Shown: positions 28,194-38,221, counted from the stretch's first letter. The stretch is 64,000 bases of DNA from Candidatus Amesbacteria bacterium RIFCSPLOWO2_01_FULL_48_25 (GCA_001773695.1 MEXN01000007.1:115204-179203); one strand, 5' to 3'. The notes: generated by a model from the sequence alone, not told the origin. Program-made: numbers and translations.

Positions 28194-28260
28194 GGGGCGT
28201 ATTATTTGCTGAAGAGGGGTGATTGTCTAGTAAAGCCGGCTTTACCAATGTTTCCGAGGA

Positions 28261-28821
28261 TTAAATGGGTTGCCAGATAAAGTAGGAGGTTTTGTCGTCT
28301 TGGACTTCAACGTAGCCTTCAGGACGAAAATGGTATGGGGAAAGTCGGGTTTCGTAAATATAAACCTTATATTTGGACCAAAGCCCGGGATAGGATGTGG
28401 AGAGGATTTGCTCACGATCTTCGACGCCAGTGTTGAACAAGGCTACTCCAATGATGCCCAATTCTTCTTTCAAGGTTCTTATCGCGGCTTCGTCGGGTAA
28501 TTCGCCGGGTCGCATCTTTTCACCGATAGAGGTTGACAGACTCCGTCTTCTCTCCCTGCCGTCAGAGAACACTTGTTTTTCCTCGACTAGTTTTAAAACA
28601 CCTTGTCCCTGGCTAAAAAATACGTTTATCCCTACTCCCTTAACACTCCGTAGAACTTTTTTTCCCGAATCTTCTATTTTGACCTCTCCTGATCTTATTT
28701 CGGTCAGCAGGTGCGCTAACGTTTTGCTTTCTCCGGTTCCCCACTCTTCGTACGGAATTTTTCGGGAGTTAAGGAATTCCTTGAGTTCGTTTAAATTCAT
28801 CTGACGTATCTTATCACTCAA
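28261..28821 (-). CDS. NUDIX-fold hydrolase (divergent).
   Basis: GEKMRPGELPDEAAIRTLKEELGI fits GX5EX7REUXEEXGU. Confidence 0.5.
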   Translation of the reverse strand: MSDKIRQMNLNELKEFLNSRKIPYEEWGTGESKTLAHLLTEIRSGEVKIEDSGKKVLRSVKGVGINVFFSQGQGVLKLVEEKQVFSDGRERRRSLSTSIGEKMRPGELPDEAAIRTLKEELGIIGVALFNTGVEDREQILSTSYPGLWSKYKVYIYETRLSPYHFRPEGYVEVQDDKTSYFIWQPI

Positions 28822-28840
28822 GGTCGGGTAAAATGGAGCA

Positions 28841-29533
28841 GTGATAGACTCACATTGTCATTTGTATGAGATTCCGGAGGAGGAATGGGTAGATAACGGA
28901 TTGGAGGCGATGGTTTGCGCGGGGGCGGATGTGGAGACGAGTGAAAAAGCAATTGAGTTGGCGGAAAAGCACCCTAATGTGTATGCCACTGCGGGGATAC
29001 ATCCGGAGGGAATGGGGAAGTTAAGGGATCTCTCGGCGTTGCTCGAGATGACAAAAAAACCGAAAGTTGTGGCGGTGGGGGAATGCGGGTTAGATACAGG
29101 AAGTGAAGCCGAGATTGAATTATTTAAATTTAATATAAATTTGGCGAAGGAGACGGGGTTGCCGGTGGTTGTGCATTGCCGGAATATGTTTGATAGGGTG
29201 TTTGAGGTTTTGAATTACGATAAAGTGCAGATGCATTGTTTTACTGGAAATGAGGAGGAGATGCGGGAGTGTGTGAGGAGGGGGTGGTATATAAGTTTTG
29301 GGGGGATATTAACATTTAAAAAAAGTGAGTATTCGAGAGAGGTGGCAAGATTAGTTCCGGAGGATAAGTTATTGATCGAGACCGACTCGCCATATTTAGC
29401 GCCGGAACCAGTAAGAGGGACTAGAAACACCCCAGTTAATGTAAAATATGTCTTAGACTGCCTGACAAAAGTAAGAGGGACTAGAGTGGAGCAGATAACC
29501 TCTGAAAACGCCAGAAGACTGTTTGGGTTATGA
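28841..29533 (+). CDS. tatD: TatD-family metal-dependent DNase/hydrolase.
   Basis: MIDSHCHL N-terminus, EIGLD-like GECGLD, internal His/Asp residues; 230 aa. Confidence 0.85.
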   Translation: MIDSHCHLYEIPEEEWVDNGLEAMVCAGADVETSEKAIELAEKHPNVYATAGIHPEGMGKLRDLSALLEMTKKPKVVAVGECGLDTGSEAEIELFKFNINLAKETGLPVVVHCRNMFDRVFEVLNYDKVQMHCFTGNEEEMRECVRRGWYISFGGILTFKKSEYSREVARLVPEDKLLIETDSPYLAPEPVRGTRNTPVNVKYVLDCLTKVRGTRVEQITSENARRLFGL

Positions 29534-30999
29534 CAAGAAGACAACGGAGGTTTTTAGAAATATTGCCGGGGTTTGTGAGTTGGAATGTGATTTTGTTTTT
29601 AATTTGGGGTGGTTATTTCATTCCGGTTGTGACGGCCTATTTTATATTGGCTTTTGATGTGTACTGGGTATACAAATCGCTGACCGTGACGGTAGCGGCA
29701 ATCTTATCCCACTTTAAAATGCAGGCGGCTGAGCACCTGGACTGGATGCGGGAAGTCCGGGGGTTTGGGGACTGGGAAAAAGTGAGACATGTGGTTATTG
29801 TCCTGGTTGCTAATGAACCACCGGAGACTTACTCGCGGACACTGGAGGCTTTGTCGAAACAAATGTTTCCATTGAAGCAAGTGGCGGTGGTCATGGCAAC
29901 CGAAGAAAGATTTCCTCAAGCTGCGCTGCAATGCGAGGCATGGCGAGAAAGAATGGGCAAATTGTTTGGGGCATACCTGGTGACTGTCCATCCGGCTAAT
30001 ATCCTCGGAGAAATTAAGGGCAAGTCGTCGAACGAGGCGTGGGGGGCTAAAGAAGCCAAGAGGATCTTGGTTGATGAAATGAAATGGGATATGGAGTTTA
30101 TGACAGCGACATCAAATGACTCAGATGCTATATTGCACACTCAGTATTTGGCTTGTTTGGCGTTTAAGTTTCTGGATGATCCTAATAGATATGAAAAATT
30201 CTGGCAACCGGCTATTGTGTTTTACAATAACATTTGGAGGTTGCCGGCCGTAACCCGAGTGGTAAATACATTGGGAACGTTGTTTCAAATTGCGGTTCTG
30301 ATGAGAAAAGACAAACTTATTAGCTTTTCTAATTATTCTCTTTCTTTCCGGTTGTTAGTGGAGGTGGGATACTGGGATACAGACGTGATTCCGGAAGACT
30401 ACCGGATTTTTTTCAAAGCTTTTTTTGCCAAAGAAGGGCGAGTGGAGGTGGAACCTATTTTTTTACCATCATCGGCGGACGCGGCTGAGTCGACGTCGAC
30501 TTGGAAAACTTTTTTGAACGACTATCAACAAAAAAAGAGGTGGGCGTGGGGAGTGTCCGATATCCCGACTTTCGTCGAGATGTACACCAAATACCGAGGA
30601 GGGTGGGAATTTAACAAGATATTGCGTTTGTGGCGAGTGTTTGAAGATCATTTGTTGTGGCCGGTCAACTGGTTTGTAATCACCGCCGGAATTACGATTG
30701 TCTCCTTGATCAACCCCGAATTTACCCGGACGACTCTTGGCTATTCGTTGCCCAAATTGTCATCGGCTATTTTGTCGGTGACAGTGTTGTTTTTGATTAT
30801 CTTACTTATCATTGACATGAGAAGGAGACCGCCGCGACCAGAGCATATGCCTAAATGGAGGGCGTGGTTAACGCCTCTAGAGTTTGTACTGATGCCTGTG
30901 GTTGGTTTTTTCTTTAATGCACTTCCTGGCTTGGACGCGCACACAAGGTTGATGTTGGGGAAGTATCTTGAATATAAGATCACAGAAAAGGTAAAGTAG
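29530..30999 (+). CDS. Membrane-embedded GT2 glycosyltransferase, processive synthase type (CesA/NodC/HAS-like).
   Basis: TM helices at both ends. ED (EDYRIF) and QQKKRWAWG match the Q(Q/R)xRW motif of processive beta-glycosyltransferases. Confidence 0.6.
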   Translation: MTRRQRRFLEILPGFVSWNVILFLIWGGYFIPVVTAYFILAFDVYWVYKSLTVTVAAILSHFKMQAAEHLDWMREVRGFGDWEKVRHVVIVLVANEPPETYSRTLEALSKQMFPLKQVAVVMATEERFPQAALQCEAWRERMGKLFGAYLVTVHPANILGEIKGKSSNEAWGAKEAKRILVDEMKWDMEFMTATSNDSDAILHTQYLACLAFKFLDDPNRYEKFWQPAIVFYNNIWRLPAVTRVVNTLGTLFQIAVLMRKDKLISFSNYSLSFRLLVEVGYWDTDVIPEDYRIFFKAFFAKEGRVEVEPIFLPSSADAAESTSTWKTFLNDYQQKKRWAWGVSDIPTFVEMYTKYRGGWEFNKILRLWRVFEDHLLWPVNWFVITAGITIVSLINPEFTRTTLGYSLPKLSSAILSVTVLFLIILLIIDMRRRPPRPEHMPKWRAWLTPLEFVLMPVVGFFFNALPGLDAHTRLMLGKYLEYKITEKVK

Positions 31000-31004
31000 A
31001 TATT

Positions 31005-32498
31005 ATGTGGGCGAGGTGGGAGAAATGGCTAAGAGGTCGGGAATGGCTGGTGTTGATCCTGATTGGAGTGGTGGTCATTAGGATTCCCACGTTGTTTGAG
31101 CCGTACTGGTATGGGGACGAGGGTATATATTTGACGGTCGGACAGGCGATGCGCCAGGGAGTCAAATTGTACAGACAAATTCACGACAACAAACCGCCAC
31201 TTTTATATTTGGTGTCAGCGCTTGCTGGAGGAAGTTTATTTTGGTTCAGGTTTCTGGCCGGTGCGTGGAATGTGGCGACGGTGGTGGTGTTCGCCGGGAC
31301 GTTTGATATCATATTCGGCAAGGAGAATCGCTCGTGGAAATATGGGGCAATAATCACCTTCGGTCTAATTACTAACTTGCCGCTATTGGAGGGAAATATT
31401 GCTAACGCCGAAAACTTTTTCTTATTACCGGTGTTGGCAGCGTTTGCTATATTGGGGAAAGAAAGGATCACTAGTGCTGGGATTTGGTGGGCGGGTATAC
31501 TAATCGGATTAGGTGCGCTGTTTAAGGTTCCGGCCTTGCTAGAAGCCGGGGTATGGCCGATTTATTGGCTAATTGAAACTTTAAACAAGAAACTAGGTTG
31601 GGGTGATTGGTGGAAACGGTGTATTATCCTTGGCCTGGCCGCTTTGTTGCCATTGATACTGACTGTGGGATATTATCAATTCACAGGATCTGGGACAAAT
31701 TACCTATCCGCAATTGTCGGACAAAATATTTCATATCTGTCCACCTGGAAAGAAGGTGGGGCAGGGGGTGGTATCTTTGGAGTGAAAGGGAGAGCAGCCG
31801 TGGCTGTAGTGCTGATTGCAGGAATTGTGGTTGTAAATAAGAGACTTAAAAAACAGGCAATAATTGTGGGAACGTGGTGGATAGTAACTCTGTTTGCGGC
31901 TTTGTTGTCCGGACGGCCATATCCCCATTATTTATTGCAAATGGCGGGAGTACTTACTTGCGGGGCAGTGATACTGGCAAGTGGAAAAAGATGGGAGAGG
32001 GGTTTGGTCGCGATCCTCATCGTGGTGTTTGCCGGGGCTATCACTTTTTTCCGGTTTTGGGTTTACCCGGTAGCGGGATATTACCTAAATTTTGCCAAGT
32101 GGGTAATTGGACGACAGACCAAGCAGGAATACTTCGCCTGGTTTGGGCCCGGGGTGTTGCGAAATTATAGAATTTCTGGAATTATCGCAGCGGGAAGTAA
32201 GCCTTCCGATAGGATCTTTGTGTGGGGCGACGAACCGATGATATATGCGCTGACGCGAAGGCTGCCGGCGACAAAATACATGGCCAAATACCATGTGGAA
32301 AGTTTTGCCGCCCAAGACCGGACGATTGAAGAGGTGGAGAGCAATAATCCACGATATATAGTGACTTTTTCTGACATGCGTGAGCTACCAGGGTTGGCTC
32401 AACTAATCTTGAGTAAGTACCTATTGGAGGAAAAAGTAGATGATGTTCGAATTTATCGGCAAATGGTGGGTTTGACGTATATACCCATCATGAGGTAG
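31005..32498 (+). CDS. GT-C glycosyltransferase, GT39/GT83 (ArnT/PMT-like).
   Basis: First loop FEPYWYGDEGIY...HDNKPPLLYL (DE motif and KPPL motif of ArnT/PMT); 497 aa polytopic. Confidence 0.65.
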   Translation: MWARWEKWLRGREWLVLILIGVVVIRIPTLFEPYWYGDEGIYLTVGQAMRQGVKLYRQIHDNKPPLLYLVSALAGGSLFWFRFLAGAWNVATVVVFAGTFDIIFGKENRSWKYGAIITFGLITNLPLLEGNIANAENFFLLPVLAAFAILGKERITSAGIWWAGILIGLGALFKVPALLEAGVWPIYWLIETLNKKLGWGDWWKRCIILGLAALLPLILTVGYYQFTGSGTNYLSAIVGQNISYLSTWKEGGAGGGIFGVKGRAAVAVVLIAGIVVVNKRLKKQAIIVGTWWIVTLFAALLSGRPYPHYLLQMAGVLTCGAVILASGKRWERGLVAILIVVFAGAITFFRFWVYPVAGYYLNFAKWVIGRQTKQEYFAWFGPGVLRNYRISGIIAAGSKPSDRIFVWGDEPMIYALTRRLPATKYMAKYHVESFAAQDRTIEEVESNNPRYIVTFSDMRELPGLAQLILSKYLLEEKVDDVRIYRQMVGLTYIPIMR

Positions 32499-32582
32499 TT
32501 CTTGTGCGTATTAACGCGTTTCGATGGGTATATATCCGTCATAATCGCTGCAAATTCGCAGCATGACAGCTATAATTAGGAA

Positions 32583-32906
32583 GTGGAAAGGGTTTTAAAA
32601 CGGCTAGGGTTATTTAATTTTTTAGTGATGGCGGCGGGGGTAATGGCCGGGTCCGGGGTTTTGATCATCTATGCCAAAAGACTGCCTCCCCAGGTGCCGT
32701 TATGGTACAGCCGGTCGTGGGGAGAAGAGCAGTTGGCAAGTCCGGCGATGCTTTGGGTGTTGGTAGCGTTGATTCTAGTAACCGGAATTGGGGCTGGAAT
32801 CGGGGGGAGAAAGGGAGTGTTGGGAGCAATGGTTTTGGCTGGGGGAATAGTAATCCAGGTGATGCTAATGTTGGCACTACTTAGAATTGTCATGTTGGTG
32901 GTATAA
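32583..32906 (+). CDS. Small membrane protein (3-4 TM; GtrA-like?) of the glycosylation cluster.
   Basis: 107 aa hydrophobic. Confidence 0.3.
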   Translation: MERVLKRLGLFNFLVMAAGVMAGSGVLIIYAKRLPPQVPLWYSRSWGEEQLASPAMLWVLVALILVTGIGAGIGGRKGVLGAMVLAGGIVIQVMLMLALLRIVMLVV

Positions 32907-33983
32907 ATGGAATATCTAATTGGTCCGTTTTTGGTCTCGGCTGGTATCTCGGTCGCGGTGAGTTGGTTGGTAATCAGGTGGGGTCGGGCCATGGGAATAA
33001 TTGACGACCCCAAAAAGCACATCCACCCCAAGGTAGTACATGAAACGCCTGTGCCCCGTGGGGGAGGGTTGCCAATCCTGGCAGCCTGGTTGATATCTGC
33101 GGCACTATTTCTTCCGTGGGAAAAGAAAATTGTCGGAATTGGGTTGGGGGTAATACTTTTGGGAATAATCGGGTTTGTCGATGACAAATTTGAGGAAAAG
33201 GTGTCCCCTCACTTTCGATTAGTTATCAATGTGTTGGCGGCTCTTATGGTAATCGGGGGTGGGGTGGGGATTGCATTTATAACTAGCCCTGGGGGGGGAA
33301 TTTGGGATCTAAGCTCTCCCAGATGGTGCTGGGGGGACCACTGCCTGTGGCTGTTGTCTGATTTATTCGCTTTGGTTTGGCTGGTGTGGACGCAAAACAT
33401 AGTCGGATGGAGCAGCGGGGTGGACGGGCAATTGCCGGGCTTTGTAATTGTGGCGGCGGGGGTGATGGCGGCAATGGGATTGAGATTTGGCACTGATATT
33501 AATCAACAACTTATAATAGTGATGGCGGCAATTGTGGCGGGGGCTTATGCGGGGTTTTTACTTTGGAACTGGTACCCACAGAAGATAATGCCAGGATACG
33601 GGGGAAAGAGCCTGGCTGGTTTTTTATTGGGAGTGTTGGCTATTTTTTCGGGAGCAAAAGTGGGAGCAATGATAATGGTACTTTGCATTCCTTTTATCGA
33701 TGGAGCGGCGGTAATTGTGAAACGGCTGGCCGAGCACCGCAGCCCGGTGTGGGGCGGGAGGGAACACCTGCATCATTACTTGTTGGACAAGGGATGGGGC
33801 AAGAGGCGAATAGCGGTTTTTTATTGGCTGATGTCATTGGTTTTTGGGGTGGGAGCGTTGCAATTGAATAGCCAGTCCAAGTACTTTACAATGGCGACAG
33901 CAGGACTTCTCATCGGGGGGGTCATTTTATGGTTTCACTATTTTTCAACATCCTCAAAACGGCAAGGCCCAGACAATGGGTAA
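32907..33983 (+). CDS. Polyprenyl-phosphate N-acetylhexosamine-1-phosphate transferase family (WecA/TagO/MraY superfamily).
   Basis: IIDDPKKHIHPKVVHETPVPRGGGL matches the DDxxD…H…P.PxxGG cytoplasmic-loop signature of MraY/WecA; 10-11 TM helices. Confidence 0.7.
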   Translation: MEYLIGPFLVSAGISVAVSWLVIRWGRAMGIIDDPKKHIHPKVVHETPVPRGGGLPILAAWLISAALFLPWEKKIVGIGLGVILLGIIGFVDDKFEEKVSPHFRLVINVLAALMVIGGGVGIAFITSPGGGIWDLSSPRWCWGDHCLWLLSDLFALVWLVWTQNIVGWSSGVDGQLPGFVIVAAGVMAAMGLRFGTDINQQLIIVMAAIVAGAYAGFLLWNWYPQKIMPGYGGKSLAGFLLGVLAIFSGAKVGAMIMVLCIPFIDGAAVIVKRLAEHRSPVWGGREHLHHYLLDKGWGKRRIAVFYWLMSLVFGVGALQLNSQSKYFTMATAGLLIGGVILWFHYFSTSSKRQGPDNG

Positions 33984-34870
33984 AAAACCTGACATTGTTT
34001 GCGGCACTTATTTTGACCGGGTATATTTATTCGTCCCAGTTGTGGTGGAGAGATTTTTGGATAGTGGCAGAAGCGGTGGTGATTTTTACACTGGTAGCGT
34101 CGGCTGTTTATTTTTGGAACGATATAATTGACATCAAGGCCGATCAGGCGCATCCGTTTAAGAAAAAAAGGCCGATTGCTTCTGGTAAGATCTATCTCCC
34201 TCTGGCGGTTGTCTTGTTTGGCTTGGGGTCAGTCGTGGGCTTAGGATGGGCATGGAAATTGTCGGGGCTGTTTTTTGGAGTAGTATTTGGGTATTGGGGA
34301 CTACAAATACTATATTCGGTATGGCTGAAAAACATCGAGGTGGTAGATGTGTTTGTGATTGCTATGGGGTTTTTTTTGAGAGTGCTGGCGGGATCGATTG
34401 TGATAAACGCCCACTTGTCTATCTGGTTTCTGTTGTGCGTAATTTCTACATCACTTTTTCTAGCGGTAGGGAAAAGGCGGGCAGAAATGGCAATTTTGAC
34501 TGAACAGGCGGCGTTGCACCGAAAAGTGATGAGTAAATATTCGGCCAGTATTCTGGACTCTTATTTGACCATGTTTGCCACAGCGGCGTTTTTGTCATGG
34601 TCGTTGTTTACCTTCAATTTTTACGAGCAAGGGGGGTTGCAGTTTACACCGACGAGCCTGGTCCTTACCTCTCGGACATTGACTATAAACAAATGGTTGA
34701 TGGCGACTATACCTGTCGTAATTTTTGGCATCATGCGGTACATCAGAATAATCTACGACGGGTCGAGGGCTGAAACTCCGGAGAGAGTAATTTTGTCAGA
34801 TGTGACACTACTTTCTACGGTTGCGGTGTGGGGAGTGTTGGTGATGATAACTCTTTACGGAATTGGTTAA
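33929..34870 (+). CDS. UbiA-family prenyltransferase, decaprenyl-phosphate phosphoribosyltransferase-like.
   Basis: ARPRQWVKNL...FWNDIIDIKADQAHPFKKKRPIASGKI (NDxxDxxxD plus a second Asp-rich motif). Confidence 0.7.
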   Translation: MVSLFFNILKTARPRQWVKNLTLFAALILTGYIYSSQLWWRDFWIVAEAVVIFTLVASAVYFWNDIIDIKADQAHPFKKKRPIASGKIYLPLAVVLFGLGSVVGLGWAWKLSGLFFGVVFGYWGLQILYSVWLKNIEVVDVFVIAMGFFLRVLAGSIVINAHLSIWFLLCVISTSLFLAVGKRRAEMAILTEQAALHRKVMSKYSASILDSYLTMFATAAFLSWSLFTFNFYEQGGLQFTPTSLVLTSRTLTINKWLMATIPVVIFGIMRYIRIIYDGSRAETPERVILSDVTLLSTVAVWGVLVMITLYGIG

Positions 34871-35124
34871 TCTTTGGAGAATTGGCTTTCCAACTGCTTA
34901 ATTCTTTTGAGCCGAAAAAAATTGGTGATGCCCATATAAAGGGTGTAAGCGGGGCCAAGAATAAGTAGGATCGTTATTAATAAACGGTGCCAAGGCGGGG
35001 AAAAGAAAAGATTAACGAATAAAACCATTAATAGGCAAGCCAGATTGATGGCGCAGGCTTCGACGGCATAGATGATTTTGTCGAGACGCAATGCCTGGGG
35101 ATCATCATTCGTACTTTTGAGCAT
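34867..35124 (-). CDS. Small two-TM membrane protein, hypothetical.
   Basis: 85 aa hydrophobic ORF overlapping neighbours by 4 and 20 nt. Confidence 0.3.
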   Translation of the reverse strand: MLKSTNDDPQALRLDKIIYAVEACAINLACLLMVLFVNLFFSPPWHRLLITILLILGPAYTLYMGITNFFRLKRIKQLESQFSKD

Positions 35125-35974
35125 ATTGCGACGAGACCCAGCCTTGCCCGACGGCAGGCAGGCCAGAACTGGTTGACGGCAGGTCTACCTTAATAAGATA
35201 CCACCCAGAATCGGATTTGAGGAGGGGGTAGGTGGCGGCAGGTTTGACCTGACCAAGTTCAGAACTTGTGGTTTTTGGCTCGGAACGGACACGTAAAAAG
35301 CCGGTAGGCGTATCCAAAATGCGCACATAGGGGCGGGCGAGAGTGGCAGAAGGGGTAGCTGGCGAAGCGGTGGGAAGAGGAGTGGGAAGAGGAGCGGGTG
35401 AACCCGATAGCTTGACCGTGAGAGCTAAGCGGTAGCTAGCGACGGCTTGGGCCGTAATTTGGCGATCTGTAAACCCAGGAGCAGAGAGGGTAATGTTGTG
35501 ATCTCCGGGAGTAACCGGAGAAATAAGCAGTGGGGTAAACCCTTGGGGTTGGCCATCGATGGTGACAGAGGCGGAGTCTGGGTAACTGGTAACAATACTG
35601 AGGCTGGCTTCAGACCCACTTTCGCCAAGTAGACTAGTGATGTCTCCGGCCGAAGTGTCGTCCGTTTCGCCAAACTCGCGGTGGATGACAGTGTAGGTAT
35701 CTGGAGTAAGGCGGATTTTGGCTTGATACGGCGAAACGTTGGCCAAAGTGTCAGGGATGATTTTGACGGTCACTTCGCCTGGGGGGAAAAGTTTTTCCAA
35801 TGGGGTGCGGCCGACTTGGGCATTGTCGATAAAAACAAGCGCTGGGGGAGTGGAGAAGACTTTGAGGCCGGCGGTGGGAGTACGGGAACGAATAAATGCG
35901 AAAACGCTGAAACCGACACCGATAATTAGGCCGGCGGCGATGAGGATTAGGCCGATAAGTTTGGTTTTAGGCAC
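35105..35974 (-). CDS. Membrane-anchored protein with two PEGA domains, a Pro/Thr linker and a C-terminal SH3b-like domain.
   Basis: N-terminal TM; PEGA-like segments (...VGRTPLEKLFPPGEVTV..., ...DGQPQGFTPLLISPVTPGDHNITL...); C-terminal ...GWYLIKV...GWVSS. Confidence 0.55.
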   Translation of the reverse strand: MPKTKLIGLILIAAGLIIGVGFSVFAFIRSRTPTAGLKVFSTPPALVFIDNAQVGRTPLEKLFPPGEVTVKIIPDTLANVSPYQAKIRLTPDTYTVIHREFGETDDTSAGDITSLLGESGSEASLSIVTSYPDSASVTIDGQPQGFTPLLISPVTPGDHNITLSAPGFTDRQITAQAVASYRLALTVKLSGSPAPLPTPLPTASPATPSATLARPYVRILDTPTGFLRVRSEPKTTSSELGQVKPAATYPLLKSDSGWYLIKVDLPSTSSGLPAVGQGWVSSQYAQKYE

Positions 35975-36010
35975 GGGCTAATAATAACATAGATGTTAAA
36001 ATGAATGGGC

Positions 36011-36083
36011 GATCCGGTGGCGAAGTGGTAACGCGGCTGTCTGCAAAACAGCTATTGCAGGGGTTCGATTCCCCTCCGGATCT
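36011..36083 (+). tRNA. tRNA-Cys (anticodon GCA).
   Basis: Acceptor stem GATCCGG/CCGGATC, anticodon stem GCTGT/ACAGC with loop CTGCAAA, T-arm AGGGG-TTCGATT-CCCCT, discriminator T. No encoded CCA. Confidence 0.8.
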
Positions 36084-36260
36084 CCCGAATATAATGCGTA
36101 TTTGCATGAGCTTTGGTTGGGGCTTAATGTTTCGACAGAAAAAGTAATTTTTTAAATTATATCCCGATTACACTGGGGGTAATGTTTTGGGCGATGTTTA
36201 GGGTTTTTTTATAAATGATAATAGAGGAAAAAGCGTAATTTGGGTTTTGTTCGGTTGGAG

Positions 36261-36289
36261 TTGACGGGGGAGGGGATTTGGGCTATAAT
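36261..36289 (+). promoter_or_regulatory. Consensus sigma70-type promoter TTGACG-N17-TATAAT upstream of the M23 peptidase.
   Basis: TTGACG at 36261-36266, 17-nt spacer, TATAAT at 36284-36289. Confidence 0.5.
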
Positions 36290-36334
36290 GCGCATATATC
36301 TCTGCGCATTCTGGCGCAGAATTTTTTTTGGTAT

Positions 36335-37009
36335 ATGAAGTGGAATGACCGACTTATAGCTTGGGCCCAGAAGACCATAAACCAGCTGGGGTCTCCCCTA
36401 CTACTTAAAGAGCTGGCATGGCGGGGTGTGGTATTCGTGGTTAAGTGCGGACGGAGTAATCCAATAAGCTTTGCAATACGCCCTGTTTTGTCTCATCCTA
36501 AGGGAAAAACGATTTTAGGAATGGCAATAGCAATGATGGTTTTGGCGACCTCGATTTGGGGACCTATTCCCACAGCGGCTGACGCAGGGGGCAGGTGGGA
36601 GCTACCGGTTATTCCTGAGGGGAAAATAAGCCCTGTGACCGTAGAGTCGGTAGTATTGCCTGTCGAAAATTTCCGCATTTCTCAAGGGTACGGATGGCTA
36701 CACTCAGGAGTGGATATGGCGGCTAAAAAGGGAGAAGCTGTTAAATCGGTTATGGCGGGACAAATAATAGCGGTAAAAAGGGAACGGTGGGGATACGGAC
36801 AGCATGTAATCGTCGGCCACAAAAATGGTTACGAAAGCTTGTATGCTCATCTGTCTAAAATTAGCGTGGCCGAGGGCGATCGTGTGACGACAGACTCGGT
36901 TTTGGGTGAAGTGGGGTCTACCGGCCGATCGACCGGACCGCATTTACATTTGGAAATCCGCCAAGAGGGTAAATTGGTCAACCCGAAGACGGTGTTGGGG
37001 ATGAAATAG
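36335..37009 (+). CDS. M23 (LytM) family peptidoglycan endopeptidase.
   Basis: HxxxD / HxH motifs: GYGQHVIVGHKNGYESLYAHL...GSTGRSTGPHLHLEI. ATG at 36335 is downstream of the promoter (track opens earlier at TTG 36278). Confidence 0.8.
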   Translation: MKWNDRLIAWAQKTINQLGSPLLLKELAWRGVVFVVKCGRSNPISFAIRPVLSHPKGKTILGMAIAMMVLATSIWGPIPTAADAGGRWELPVIPEGKISPVTVESVVLPVENFRISQGYGWLHSGVDMAAKKGEAVKSVMAGQIIAVKRERWGYGQHVIVGHKNGYESLYAHLSKISVAEGDRVTTDSVLGEVGSTGRSTGPHLHLEIRQEGKLVNPKTVLGMK

Positions 37010-37382
37010 GCAGATAAGACTTGATCTTGGCCATAATGTCTGTGGGGGTAATGTCGGTCTTAACCAGGCAATCTACTGCCCCAATAGTTAGGGCAATATC
37101 CCGTTGGTGATCAAGATTGGTGATAACCAGCACGGGAATGGATTTGAGCTGGGGATCGCGTTTGAGCTGCTCTAATACGTCGAAGCCGTTCTGGCCGCCG
37201 GGAAGCATAATATCTAAAATAATAAAGTCGGGATGCGTGTCACGGGCTGACTGGAGACCAGATTGGGCTGAATCGGCCAGAGTCACTACATACCCAACTT
37301 GGGTGAACAAATCCTGATAGAGTCCTTGGAGTTGGTCGTCGTCTTCAATAATTAAAATGGACGGGGAGTTACGGGGTGTCAT
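36978..37382 (-). CDS. Stand-alone response-regulator receiver (CheY-like REC) domain.
   Basis: ILIIEDDD...DFIILDIMLPG...PVLVIT...K; 134 aa with no output domain. Confidence 0.8.
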   Translation of the reverse strand: MTPRNSPSILIIEDDDQLQGLYQDLFTQVGYVVTLADSAQSGLQSARDTHPDFIILDIMLPGGQNGFDVLEQLKRDPQLKSIPVLVITNLDHQRDIALTIGAVDCLVKTDITPTDIMAKIKSYLPISSPTPSSG

Positions 37383-38221
37383 GAAAGAGGAAGGGTAACA
37401 TAAAAGATGGTACCACTTGGAGCGGAAGTGAACCAGATGCGTCCGCCGTAATGATTGACTTGGGACTTAGTCAGATAGAGACCTAGACCTTCTCCTTTGG
37501 TGGTAAAGATGTGCGGTTGGTTATTTTTCGGAATGCCGGGACCGGTATCGGCGACTGTGATGGTTAGATTGTGGTCCTGCGAAATGTCAAATTTCAATTC
37601 AATTCGACCATTGGGAAAAGTGTACTTGATAGCGTTGGAGAGAAGATTGTGGAGAACGGTATGAAAGAACTTCGGGTCAATTATTATTTGAGGTTGGGGC
37701 GGGTACTGAACTTGGATGTGGAGATTTTTCGAAATAATCTGGGGAGAGAGCTCGGTGGTAATTTGTTCCACGACCGTTTTGGGAGATGTAGGCTGAGGAC
37801 TCAGAATAGAAGCGCCAAGCTGAAACCGGGAAATATCCAATATGGTATTGGCTAGATCAATCAAATTTTGGGCGGCCGAGCGGAGATTAGTAAGATAGGT
37901 TTTTTGCTGCACGGTCAGGTTGTTTGAGGTGGAGGGTGACAATAAAACGTCCAGATGCCACTTAAAACTAGCCAGGGGGGAGCGAAGTTGGTGTGAAGCG
38001 AGAGAGATAAATTCGGTTTTGGCCTGGTCCACTTGTTTGAGAGCAGTAATCTGCTCGCGGATGGTTTCCAGCATTAATTGGATGCCAACAAAAATTTCTG
38101 TGAATTCATCGTCGACGTCGGGGATGGGAACATTTTTGGAAAAATCACCGATGCTGGCACTGGCTAATATGGGAAGAAGAGGGGCGAGTTTGTCTGAGGT
38201 GGTAGTCATGATTTGAGCCAA
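37379..38221 (-). CDS. Soluble sensor histidine kinase (HisKA + HATPase_c).
   Basis: H-box FISLASHQLRSPL; N, G1, G2 boxes (NAIKYT, DTGPGIP, GEGLGLYL). Confidence 0.8.
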   Translation of the reverse strand: MAQIMTTTSDKLAPLLPILASASIGDFSKNVPIPDVDDEFTEIFVGIQLMLETIREQITALKQVDQAKTEFISLASHQLRSPLASFKWHLDVLLSPSTSNNLTVQQKTYLTNLRSAAQNLIDLANTILDISRFQLGASILSPQPTSPKTVVEQITTELSPQIISKNLHIQVQYPPQPQIIIDPKFFHTVLHNLLSNAIKYTFPNGRIELKFDISQDHNLTITVADTGPGIPKNNQPHIFTTKGEGLGLYLTKSQVNHYGGRIWFTSAPSGTIFYVTLPLS

